The position numbers and the translations under genes are program-made. Positions 9,340-21,555 of a stretch of 64,000 nt of DNA are shown one piece after another. This DNA is from Octopus sinensis. Lineage: Eukaryota. Location: NCBI RefSeq assembly GCF_006345805.1, contig NC_043023.1:20522001-20586000 (forward strand). Direction: 5' to 3'. A model generated the notes under the pieces. It was not told where the DNA came from. It saw only the letters and a program-made list of their open reading frames with translations, and did no database searches. The first letter of the stretch is position 1. The number at the start of each line of letters is the position of its first letter.

Positions 9340-9803
9340 ACTAATTCTTTTATTGGCCTCAAGGGCTGACAAAAATTAATTATAAAATAAAGGGACAAAA
9401 CACAGGATGAAAGTTACAAAAGGTTTTGTCCGTTTGAAAAAGTCCATGTACAAAAACAGTTTAACAAGGAAAATATTTAACAATGATAAACTCCCAATAG
9501 GGGGAGGCGTTTCGAAAGGTTCCTGGTGGTAAAAACCCATAAAAGCCAACAGGAGCCTGGTCAAAAGTGGGGTAAGGAGCCACTTTCTCCTTTTGTAATA
9601 CCTTTTTCTTACAGGTGTATCCTCAGAATGGGTCCTTTCACACTGGCCATTCTTCCGACATTTATCCACCTTTCAGTAAACTTGCTATCGGACAGCACTT
9701 CCCTCTCTACTCTCATCTTCCTTTTCAAGTGGAACTTGAAAAAGTTGATGAGGCCTGGGCCAAAGAGGAAAGTGTCTGACCTTAGCCCTTTCAAATGGGT
9801 TAA
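9340..9803 (-). mobile_element. Tx1/L1-clade LINE 3' fragment
   Basis: Encodes LINFFKFHLKRKMRVEREVLSDSKFTERWINVGRMASVKGPIL*, resembling Tx1 ORF2 C-termini, followed by a 3' UTR ending in AATAAA and (TTA)n. Confidence 0.6.
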
Positions 9804-9809
9804 TAATAA

Positions 9810-10020
9810 TCATCATCATCATCGTTTAACGTCCGCTTTCCATGCTGGCATGGGTTGGACGTTTTGACTGAGGGCTGGCGAACCAGGTGGCTGCACCAGG
9901 CTCCAGTCTGTTCTGGCAGTGTTTCTACAGTTGGATGCCCTTCCTAACGCCAACCACTCCGCGATTGTAGGGGGTGCTTTTTACGTGCCGGGGGGGGGGG
10001 GGTCTGGCATTGGCCACGAA
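9810..10020 (-). mobile_element. RTE-clade LINE 3' fragment (others at 13410-13500, 28990-29225, 35742-36000, 40935-41030)
   Basis: (CAT)nCGTTTAACGTCCG...GGATGCCCTTCC signature. Confidence 0.7.
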
Positions 10021-10464
10021 TAATAATAATAATAATAATGGCTTCAAATTTAGGCACACAGGCAGCAATTTTGAGGGCAGGGGGTAAATCAATTAAATCA
10101 ACCCAAGTGTTCGACCGGTACTTATTTTTTTGACCCCGAAAGGATGAAAACTAGAGTGGGCCTTGCCAGAATCTGAATTTAGAAAATGAAGATGGATGAA
10201 ATCCCGCTAAGCATTTCACCCAGCCTCCTAACGACTCTACCAGCTCATCACCTTGATGATAACGATGATAATAAACTGTACAGGTACGGTGACAGAATCT
10301 GAGGGTATCGGGTAGCCGGATTACATTGACTTAGAATTTAACTGGAAGTTTGTTCAACAGAGAAGAATAAAAGGTCAGGTTAACCCTGGTTGGGTTTGAA
10401 TTTCAAATGCACATATGGGAGAGAGAAAGGAACACATAAATATATATGATTAAGGTTGATTAAG

Positions 10465-11790
10465 GAGGTGAACTGGCAGAGTCGTTAGCATGCCGGGCGA
10501 AATGCTCAGCGGTATTTCGTCTGCTGCTACGCTCTGAGTTCAAATTACGCTGAGGTTGACTTTGCCTTTCACCCTTTCAGGGTCGATTAAATAAGTACCA
10601 GTTACGCACTGGGGTCGATATAATCAACTTAATCCGTTTGTCTGTCCTTGTTTGTCCCCTCTGTGTTTAGCCCCTTGTGGGTAGTAAAGAAATAGGTATT
10701 TCGTCTGTCGTTACGTTCTGAGTTCAAATTCCACCGAGGTCGACTTTGCCTTTCATCCTTTCGGGGTCGATTAAATAAGTACCAGTTACGCACTGGGGTC
10801 GATATAATAGACTTAATCCCTTTGTCTGTCCTTGTTTGTCTGCTCTGTGTTTAGCCCCTTGTGGGTAGTAAAGAAATAGGTATTTCGTCTGTCGTTACGT
10901 TCTGAGTTCAAATTCTGCCGAGGTCGACTTTGCCTTTCATCCTTTTGGGGTCGATTAAATAAGTACCAGTTACGCACTGGGATCGATGTAATCAACAATC
11001 CCTTTGTCTGTCCGTGTTTGTCCCTTCTGTGTTTAGCCCCTTGTGGGTAGTAAAGAAATAGGTATTTCGTCTGCCGCTACGTTCTGAGTTCAAATTCTGC
11101 CGAGGTCAACTTTGCCTTTCATCCTTTTGGGGTCGATTAAATAAGTACCAGTTACGCACTGGGATCGATGTAATCAACAATCCCTTTGTCTGTCCTTGTT
11201 TGTCCTCTCTGTGTTTAGCCCCTTGTGGGTAGTAAAGAAATAGGTATTTCGTCTGCCGCTACGTTCTGAGTTCAAATTCTGCCGAGGTCAACTTTGCCTT
11301 TCATCCTTTTGGGGTCGATTAAATAAGTACCAGTTACGCACTGGGATCGATGTAATCAACAATCCCTTTGTCTGTCCTTGTTTGTCCTCTCTGTGTTTAG
11401 CCCCTTGTGGGTAGTAAAGAAATAGGTATTTCGTCTGCCGCTACGTTCTGAGTTCAAATTCCGTCGAGGTCGACTTTGCCTTTCATCCTTTCGGGGTCAA
11501 TTAAATAAGTACCAGTTACGCACTGGGGTCGATATAATAGACTTAATCCCTTTGTCTGTCCTTGTTTGTCTGCTCTGTGTTTAGCCCCTTGTGGGTAGTA
11601 AAGAAATAGGTATTTCATCTGTCTTTACGTTCTGAGTTCAAATTCTGCCGAGGTCAATCTTGTCTTTCATCCTTTCGGGGTCGATTAAATAAATACCAGT
11701 TATGCACTGGGGTCGATGTAATCAACATTCCCTTTGTCTGTTTTTGTTTGTTCCCTCTATGTTTAGCCCCTTGTGGGCAATAAAGAAAAA
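10465..11790 (+). repeat. tandem array of SINE family 2: one head and 7 units of 182-184 bp
   Basis: Units start with TATTTC at 10513, 10697, 10881, 11063, 11245, 11427 and 11611. Confidence 0.95.
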
Positions 11791-12030
11791 AGATTAGACC
11801 AGGGCTGGCCAACCTGAGGCCTGAGGCCCACAGCCATTTATCTTGTGGCTTGCTTGATAATTCCTTGAAATGGGTTTATTTAAACATTTAAAAAATTTAT
11901 CAAAAATTGTAATGAAAAATGAAAGATACTGGTTTTGCAGAGATAATAATTCGTGTTGAACCAATGACCATTCATTATTATTATAATAAAAGCACGAGAC
12001 AGGGAAAGGCTTTCAATTCTGTCCGTATAC

Positions 12031-12430
12031 AGGCGCAGGAGTGGCTGTGTGGTAAGTAGCTTGCTAACCAACCACATGGTTCTGGGTTCAGTCCCACTGC
12101 GTGGCACCTTGGGCAAGTGTCTTCTGCTATAGCCTCGGGCCAACCAAAGCCTTGTGAGTGGATTTGGTAGACGGAAACTGAAAGAAGCCCGTCGTATATA
12201 TGTATATATATACGCGTGTGCATGTTTGTGCGTGTGTGTGTTTGTCCCCCTAGCATTGCTTGACAACCGATGCTGGTGTGTTTACGTCCCCGTCACTTAG
12301 CAGTTCGGCAAAAGAGACTGATAGAATAAGTACTGGGCTTACAAAAGAATAAGTCCCGGGGTCGAGTTGCTCGATTAAAGGCGGTGCTCTAGCATGGCCG
12401 CAGTCAAATGACTGAAACAAGTAAAAGAGT
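12031..12430 (+). mobile_element. SINE family 1 (duplicate at 39558-39957); decayed minus copies at 12545-12885 and 13135-13350
   Basis: Family-1 head, CORE-like segment and tail. Confidence 0.9.
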
Positions 12431-13685
12431 ATATGCCGCCACCATATTTCACCAGAGCACAAATTTAGAAGACCAGGAAAATTAGCATAAAATAATTTTT
12501 CGTTAATTTGCTCAGCAAAACACAATTGTTCCATTGTTCGTTTGTCATTTGACTGTGGCAATGCTGGAGCACTGCCTTTAGCCAAAAACAATTGCCCTAT
12601 GGGCTTATTCTTTGTAAGCCTGGTACTCATTCTATCGGTCTTTGTTGCCGAACCTCAAAGTGACAGGGACATAAACACACCAACATCGGTTGTCAAGCAA
12701 TGGTGGCTGGGACAAACACAAACACAAATGCACAATGGGCTTCTTTCAGTTTCCATCTACAAAATCCACTCAGAAGACTTTAGTCGGCCCGAGGGTATAG
12801 AAGACACTTGCCCAAGGTGCCACACAGTGAGACTGAACCTGGAACCATGCGGTTTGTAAGCAAGCTTCTTACCACACAGCCTTTCCTGCCCCTATATTTC
12901 TGAAAGAAATATCTCAAACTAACATTTTGTCCAGAAGGGGGCACATTTTTGAAACTGTATCCCTTCAAAGTTCCATACCTCAAGGGAGCAGAATAGGGAT
13001 ACAGAATTATTTGAGGGAATGTGACGTTAGGCTGTGGCTATGCTGGGGCATCACCTTGAAGGGGCTTTGCTCAAACAAATCGGCCCCAGTAATTTTCCTT
13101 TACTTTTTTTTATGCCTGGTTGTTATTCCATTGTTCACCTTTGCTGAACCACTACACTGCATGGACGTAAACAAACCAACAACGATTGCCAAGCAGTGGA
13201 GGGAGTGCAAACACAGACACATGCACACACCCACAAAGGTCTTCCTTCAGTTTCCTCCTACCAAATCCACTCACAAGGCTTTGGTCGACCTGGGGCTATA
13301 GCAGAAGACACTTGACCAAGGTGCCACGCAGTGGGACTGAACCCATGTTTCTGAACCACACAGATTATGGAGAAATTGTTTTTCTAGAATCAGAATTCCA
13401 TAATCGTAATTTGACGTCCATTTTCCATGCTGGCATGGGTTGGACGGTTTGACGAAGGTTGGTCAGGCAGAAGACCGCAGCGAACTTCACTGCCTGTTTT
13501 AGAAAGGTTTTTTACGGCTAGTTACCCCCCCCCTAAATCTGTTATATTAAACAGAAATACTAAAAAAAAAAAAAAAAAAAAAAACGTGTACCCTTGAGTT
13601 TCTCATTAGGTATGGGACTTCGAAGGATAGCTATTCCAAAACTCCATTGAAGAAAAAAAAAATAACAAAGAAAGTTTTGTCCTAT

Positions 13686-14101
13686 GGAATCTTTTCGGTT
13701 TGAACGGCAGTTTTTTTCTAGCGGTGTCATATGAAATTGTCACCCATAATTATGACCCTAGTATAGATCTATTGCATTTCAATCTGGTTTAGGGTTAGTT
13801 AGGGGGAAGGGTATCGTTTTTTCTTCAGAAATGTAAATAAACCCTATCTGTTTCTTAAGCGAGGGACATATTCATACGGCACAGAATGTTTTTTTTTACC
13901 TAAATGGACCTCATTGATTGGTTGAAATTGCAGAAATTAAAGAAAAAACAACAACAAATATCTTACAAACTATAGAATTTTCTCAATAAAGCCAAGAGAA
14001 AAAGATGTTTTATAAACACATTCTACCAGTATACGAAGTTTAAAAGTGTTTAGTTACCTAGAAATTATTTTTAAAAACTGCCGTTCAAACCGAAAAGATC
14101 C
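13686..14101. mobile_element. MITE with GG-starting TIRs (Merlin/hAT-like); duplicate at 41215-41630
   Basis: GGAATCTTTTCGGTTTGAACGGCAGTTTTT / AAAAACTGCCGTTCAAACCGAAAAGATCC. Internal TTAGGGTTAG motif. Same family as 59744-60330. Confidence 0.8.
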
Positions 14102-14804
14102 ATCTGCTGTATTAAACAGAAATATTTAAAAAAAAAAAAAAAAAAAAAAGAGACGTGTACCCTTTGAGTTTCTCATGGGACTTCGAAGGATAGCTATTCC
14201 AAAACTCCAATAAAGAAACAAAAATAACCAAGAAACTTTTGTCCTATGTTGCATTTAGGGTTCTGTTTGAAGAATTTCGTCTCTTTCAAAGAGGTGTTGC
14301 TCAGATCCCTACACACACACACGACCAAGAAAAACCCCAGAGAAACTACAAGAAAAGAAAATGGCCGCCGTTTATAAGCTTTTTGCTGCTGTGACCTACT
14401 TTTGAAATAAAACTATGTAGGGTGGGCACACACACTGTATCGAGGGCTGTGTACGGTCAATCGATATACTAGAAATAGTAGTAAAATCCACTCGGAACGA
14501 CAACTTAGAAAGTAGAACAAGGAAGTACGTCTAATAAAGTCATCCTAGAACCGCTATTTCTGGAAGCCGTGCTGGGTAGCCACGACAGGAAAGGCTTTGA
14601 TTTTAAGGTGTGTCTACTCAATGAAGGCTGACAATTGCTTTTTAAATACAAAAAAGGCGCCGGTCTCGATGCTCCACCGACCTCAACTAACAACGATGAT
14701 TTTGTTTTAATGGTCGTAAGGACAATGAGAAAGAAATGAAACAAAGATTCATTAATAATTGTCAATGGCCATAACGGAGCTGGAATATCTGAGCAAATGG
14801 GGCG

Positions 14805-15222
14805 ATCTTTCGTCTCTAGTAGACCTTTCCGTCGATTTCCGTAAAAAATTTTTTTTTTTTTACATATGGGCTTGCGGGAACTTTTGAAGTAATGAGAGCG
14901 AAAGAGACTAAGAGAAAGCGATTGTATGGCGAGGGAAGTTCTTTTGAAGTTACCGTGCATGTGAAGCATTGATGGACATGTGTGTGTATGTGTGTGTTTG
15001 ATGGGGTGTGGGAGACAGACAGTATGTTGTGTGAGTGAAGTGCTTCTGTTAGTGTGTGTGAAGAGACAGAGTAATGTGTGAAAGAAAGAGATAACTGAAA
15101 TTTTTACTCGGTGTATGTGTGTGTGTATGTATATTACTTCAAAAGTTCCCGCAAGCCCATATATAAAAAAAAAATATTTTTTTTACGGAAATCGACGGAA
15201 AGGTCTACTAGAGACGAAAGAT
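14805..15222. mobile_element. MITE with ~85 bp TIRs; duplicate at 42330-42745
   Basis: ATCTTTCGTCTCTAGTAGACCTTTCCGTCGATTTCCGTAAAA...GGGCTTGCGGGAACTTTTGAAGTAAT is mirrored at 15136-15222. Confidence 0.85.
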
Positions 15223-16784
15223 AGCCAAAATGTTCCCCCATCTCACTTTATTTACTCATAACTTTCAAATATTTTGTTGTTTTAATCATGAAGCTTTCCA
15301 CAAATGCCCTTCAGGTTACGACTATGTCGGGATTTTAACATGAAAAGGTGAAAAATAAACGGGTGGTCGTGCAGACGTACATGGCTACTTCGAATATTCC
15401 AGAAGGTAACAAGGATATGAAAATGCCGTGGTCTATTTTTGTTGAGTGCAATACGAAGACATTGCAGTCGGTGTGACCATCGTCCAACTTGTAAAGACGT
15501 GGATGTGGTTACAAAATGCTCCATACAAAATACTAAGCTCGGTTATGCCATGGCTGTAAATTTATCAAAACCCACTGAAGAAAAGACAACGAACGTCTCT
15601 TTAAAGTTGCCATCTGAAAGGACATGGCGACCTCGAATGTTCCAGAAGATAGTTAGAATATGAAAATATCGTAGATTTAATTGAATGAAATACACCAATA
15701 ACAACAACATAGCAATAATGTGACCATCACTTCCAATTTGTAAAGACCTGGAACAGGTTTACAGGGACATAAATTACGGAAAACAGGAATGCTAGAAACT
15801 AGTTATAAGCAATATGGCAGATAAGGAATGAGGTGGGGGTTGCCCCCTTCGGTTATGGCATCGACAGGTTAGCTTTAAATATATAGGGGGACATGGTTAA
15901 AATACTCCAGAAAATAAGATAGCAGCAGTTAAAGTTTGTAGATATGGAAAGGTATTATCTCAAAACATAACGTTGAACAACTGTTTAAAAATAATGCACG
16001 TCTGGTATTCAAAGACCATGGTTTTTTTTTTATTGTATATTTGACTAAAAAATAAACCATGGTGTATCTCGTAATTTACAAAATAACAATAATTAATTAT
16101 ATTATAATGAGGAAATTTTAACTTTATCATCAAAAAAATATATATAATAACAATGAATATATTTTCTTCTTTCTGCTTCAAATGTCGGACATTTTAATAT
16201 GGAGACCCAAAAAGAAAAAAAAAATGACCAGAATTATAAAAGACAAAGGCAAGATATAATTAAAAAGAAAAATGCGAGTTTAATGATAATAATAATAATA
16301 ATAATAAAGAAAAACAATTTTCAATTTGCATTTGAAGGATATAGAAATATTTTGTTTGCATCTGTAATTATATTTCACGTTTTTATTGTCAATTAATTGA
16401 GAGACAAGCTTTTCAAAATTTCAAAGCGAAACAATACAAATGCTGTTCTTTTTCCTTAATGAATATGGCTATTCACTTTCGTTTTAGCTTGAGTGTATTT
16501 CGTGCAATAATGAAAGCCAATATCGGATGACAGATGTGGAGGAAACGTGAAGCAAGAGATACGTTAAGAAGACTTCACAATGGCGAGCAGGGATGAGAAA
16601 GAGAGCAGACATACTGTGTCGATTATGAAAATATAAGACATGGGAACGAAGTTAAAAACCACAGCCAGAAAATAAAGAGACGAACGGAGATGAAAGAGGG
16701 CGATGTAGAAAGATTATAATGTTAATAATAGAAGCAGTTAGATAGAAAGAGAGCGAGAGAGGGGGACATTGTTACAATGGCGTT

Positions 16785-17815
16785 TAAATGTCGTTGTTTA
16801 AACCCCGGGTCAGACTTGATCGAATATATATGTATGACCAAACATGTTCCAGTCGTGACCATCCCGTGTTTATATGTCATGGGTTATAGAGTTCGATGTT
16901 TTGTAATTTTTTTTTTTTCGTTTTTATTTAAGACGATAGAGATGTGATTTGAGGGAGCTCTGGCTGCTATTCTAGCAGATCCAGTGACCACGTAGAGGTA
17001 TCATCCAATGGAGTTTAGTAAAAAAAAAAAAAAAAAAAAGGCCAGAAAAGTGAGACGGAGAGGGACATTCGCCAAGGCAGCTCTAATCGAGCATAAAACA
17101 ATGATCAAAGACATTCCAGCCGTGATCATCCTGACCCCCACCCCAAACATAATGTACCAAGAACCTTTCCTTTCTTTTTAAAACAATAATGATTTGACTG
17201 CTATTTCTAACAACCACTTAGAAGCCTCGGTGTTGTTTAGCCCCAGCGAGCAAACACCCAAGTTCAAAGGCGCTCCAGATATGACCATCACCAGCTATTT
17301 TTCAACATAGAAAATCTAGGACGGTATATATATCCTCGTTTAAGACAATAAAGTCCAGTTTGTGATGGTTTTGATCGTTATTTCTAGCAAAATGTGCAAC
17401 CATATAGAGACTTACTTACACGCTGTTGTTTAACCCCAAGTCGGTCCTGATTGATCAAAGGCGCACCAACCGTGACTACCCCGGGTTTTTCAATTTCTTT
17501 TCTTCAATAGTATTTCTAGGACTACATAATCTATTGTATTCTTCCTATTAAAAAAAATACAGGGTCCGATTGAAGGAGACTTGGCTGCTATTTCTAATAG
17601 AACAAGCTCGCTCGACGGTGGCAGTTTAGCTCCAGGTCGCCCTAATCCATCAAACAGAAGTTTCGTCAATAATTAATAACTCCATTCCTTCCTTGTTTTT
17701 CACCCACTCAACACAAAACACGCAAAACTACATTATCTGGTACATCCATCCATCCTTCTTGTAAAACAGCTGCGTGCAATTTGAAGATTTTAGCAGCTAT
17801 TTCTAGCAGGACGAG
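16785..17815 (+). repeat. degenerate tandem cluster (~5 units of ~200 bp) of an interspersed repeat; duplicate at 44308-45335
   Basis: Recurring GTTGTTTA(A/G)CCCC...ATCAAAG...CCAG..GTGACCATC...GCTATTTCTAGCAG blocks. Confidence 0.7.
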
Positions 17816-18037
17816 AAAAAGCACAAACGGAGGAACAGTCTGGACTTTGCCAGAATAAATCCAGGCCAGGCGAACGTAGAAATTAATAGCTAAAAGGCAA
17901 AGAGAGAAATAGAGAGAGGCCTGATAAACGGGAGGTGGAATATATAGATATATATATTTTTTTTTATGACAACAAACAGAGAGAGAGAGAGAGAGAAGGC
18001 GGAAGCTTGCCTTTCTTTTTTATACTCCAAACAATAA

Positions 18038-18082
18038 GCCAATATGGCCGCCGTTGGGGGAAAATACAAGATGGCAGCGCTT
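18038..18082 (+). promoter_or_regulatory. possible Pol II promoter: CCAAT box and YY1-like ATGGCCGCC / AAGATGGCAGC; duplicate at 45561-45605
   Basis: GCCAATATGGCCGCCGTTGGGGGAAAATACAAGATGGCAGCG, CpG-containing in an AT-rich background. Motif match only. Confidence 0.35.
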
Positions 18083-19006
18083 CGCTATTCCCACAGAATC
18101 TCTACTATGTTGCTGGTTTGGATATGCGAAATATAGTAGTTAATTGTTTCTCAAACCACACACCATTGTTTTAAATATATTGTAAGCATCGTTATGTATG
18201 TATGTATATATATATTATGCATGTAGACTTGTACAAAGGAGGCGATGGTCACAAACGGATTGCATTTGGTCTGGATGTAACTACAATGTCAGCTATGGTT
18301 ATAGACAACCTTCTACGCAGACGGTAGACATACTGAAAAAAAATAATAACAACCAACAACACTCGATTACATTTAATCTTACAAACACTACCTACACACA
18401 CTGTATATCTCTCTCTTTTACTTGTTTCAGTCATTTGACTGCGGCCATGCTGGAGCACCGCCTTCAGTCGAGCAAATCGACCTCGGGACTTATTCTTTGT
18501 AAGCCCAGTACTTATTCTATCGGTCTATATATGTATGTACGTATGCATGTATGTATGTATTTATGTATGTGTATGTATGTATTTATGTATGTGTGAGTGT
18601 GTGTGTGTGTGTATGTGGTACAAATACGGAATGGTCGTGGTTGGATAGTCAGCGAGTTTCAGGGTTGCTGGCGTGAATGTGTAAACAATACACGCGATAA
18701 ACTCTGAATTCTATACACAGCAGCCAAAATCTGAGAAAACAAGCCATTACACACACACACACATACACATAGCAATCGAAATACGAACACGCACTTGAGT
18801 CCGTTCGCATGTGTGTATATTATATATGCGCATATTACTTCGTTAAAAATTGGCACACTCAAGGGTGTAGAGTCACACGCACTTATAAACAGTTTTTCAT
18901 CAACGGTTTCATATATCAATGTTTACAGTTTATAGCCTGCACAGCAGGTGCCCGTGTATAGTCTCTCTCTCTCTCTCTGTCCCCCTCTCTCTCTCTAATA
19001 TATAGA

Positions 19007-19389
19007 CTAGCAGTATCGCCCGGCGTTGCTCGGGTTTGTTTCGACCCTTTAGAGTTGGAATTTTTGAAAAGTAAAACTTTTGCATTATGTAGCTTGTTAT
19101 TCTCTTTAAGTGAACATTTTTCTGGTTGAAATATACCGAAAAATGGCGACACAGCAGTCAAAATATCGTAAAAAATAGGGATTTTCATAGAAAAAAAAAA
19201 GCACCTTTTTGATGTAAATAATTTTTGGTGTTAACATGGTCCGATTCTACGGAAGGAAGAGCAAGCCTTCTTCTATCATACTCTCAATTTTGGTCAACTT
19301 GCGGTGCAGGGTCTCGGAGGAGATAGTGTTGGTTTGAAGGCTACCAAACCTGCCATACACAGACAACTTCAGCTTTATATAGAGAGAGA
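19007..19389 (-). mobile_element. non-autonomous Helitron; duplicate at 46578-46973
   Basis: On the minus strand it starts A|TC and ends CTAG|T, with a CCCGAGCAACGCCGG(G) hairpin ~10 nt before the end. No TSD. Confidence 0.75.
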
Positions 19390-19731
19390 TTACAAACTTC
19401 AGAAAAACATAGGATGAGGCAGAAAAACTTAACATATTTCACGTTTGTCCACTTTACACTACGCGTGTGTATGCATCCACACACACACACATACATACAT
19501 ACATATATACATACATACATATATATATACATACATACATACTCCTGATAATTTTTCCGTGAATATTATATGCATAAATCCACTTAACTACAGAGTGTAT
19601 ATGTTGAAACAGAAACGAGTGACAATCGCCAGTAGTAATTAAAATACTAATTATATTATAGGCTAATTCATTAAACTACACCCCTCTATATATATGAGGT
19701 AGATGGGTAGTTATATATATATATATATATA

Positions 19732-19770
<39 letters not shown>

Positions 19771-19967
19771 ATGTATATATATATATATGTTAAACATAAA
19801 TTCCTCTATTTATATAATATCGAGGTCTCTTTCATTCTTTTGTTGTCTTACCATTTTTTATTAATATATATATATATATACATACATATTTATATATGTA
19901 TATATATATTTCGTTTTGGATTTGGTTTGCAAGATTCTTTATATGAGTTCGTGTGTTGAAGCATATT

Positions 19968-20171
19968 CTGTTGTGTCTGGGGAGAGTCATTCTCTTTTAG
20001 TGCCTTATTATGTAACACACTCACCGGTAAAATTTCCACTTTTTCCTTATTTTAATTTCCTAAAATTTTCGTTGCAGGACAATAAAAATAAGAAAAAAAG
20101 TGGAAATTTTACCGATGAGTGTGTTACATAATAAGACACAAAAAGAAAATGACTCTCCCCAGACACAACAG
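19968..20171. repeat. inverted repeat (arms ~85 bp) abutting (TA)n; duplicate at 47511-47717
   Basis: CTGTTGTGTCTGGGGAGAGTCATT...GTAAAATTTCCACTTTTT / AAAAAGTGGAAATTTTAC...AATGACTCTCCCCAGACACAACAG. Confidence 0.85.
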
Positions 20172-20361
20172 TATATATATATATACTCTGCAATTGTTAA
20201 TTATGTATAATTATATATATATATATATGTGTATGTGTGTGTGTGTGTAAACTGTCGTATGTCCAACTGCTTCAATGCCAAGATATCAAAGATTGAAAGT
20301 GAAGTACGGTTTTACTAGGGAATGGTGAAACGTTTTAGACTTAAGACACTTGTATAGCAAC

Positions 20362-21555
<1,194 letters not shown>

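Noticed and set aside
10513-11790. Regular repeat arrays resembling CRISPR
   Set aside because: Units are contiguous 182-184 bp SINE bodies with no unique spacers, there are no cas genes, and the context is eukaryotic.
13785-13812. TTAGGG telomere-like repeats (also 59845-59875, 60040-60065)
   Set aside because: Only 2-3 degenerate units, internal to a MITE family; not an interstitial telomere array.
14505-14969. 154 aa ORF and neighbouring ORFs at 15282-15663 and 18198-18596 as host exons
   Set aside because: They run through MITE or SINE sequence, have no recognisable domain and lack convincing splice signals.
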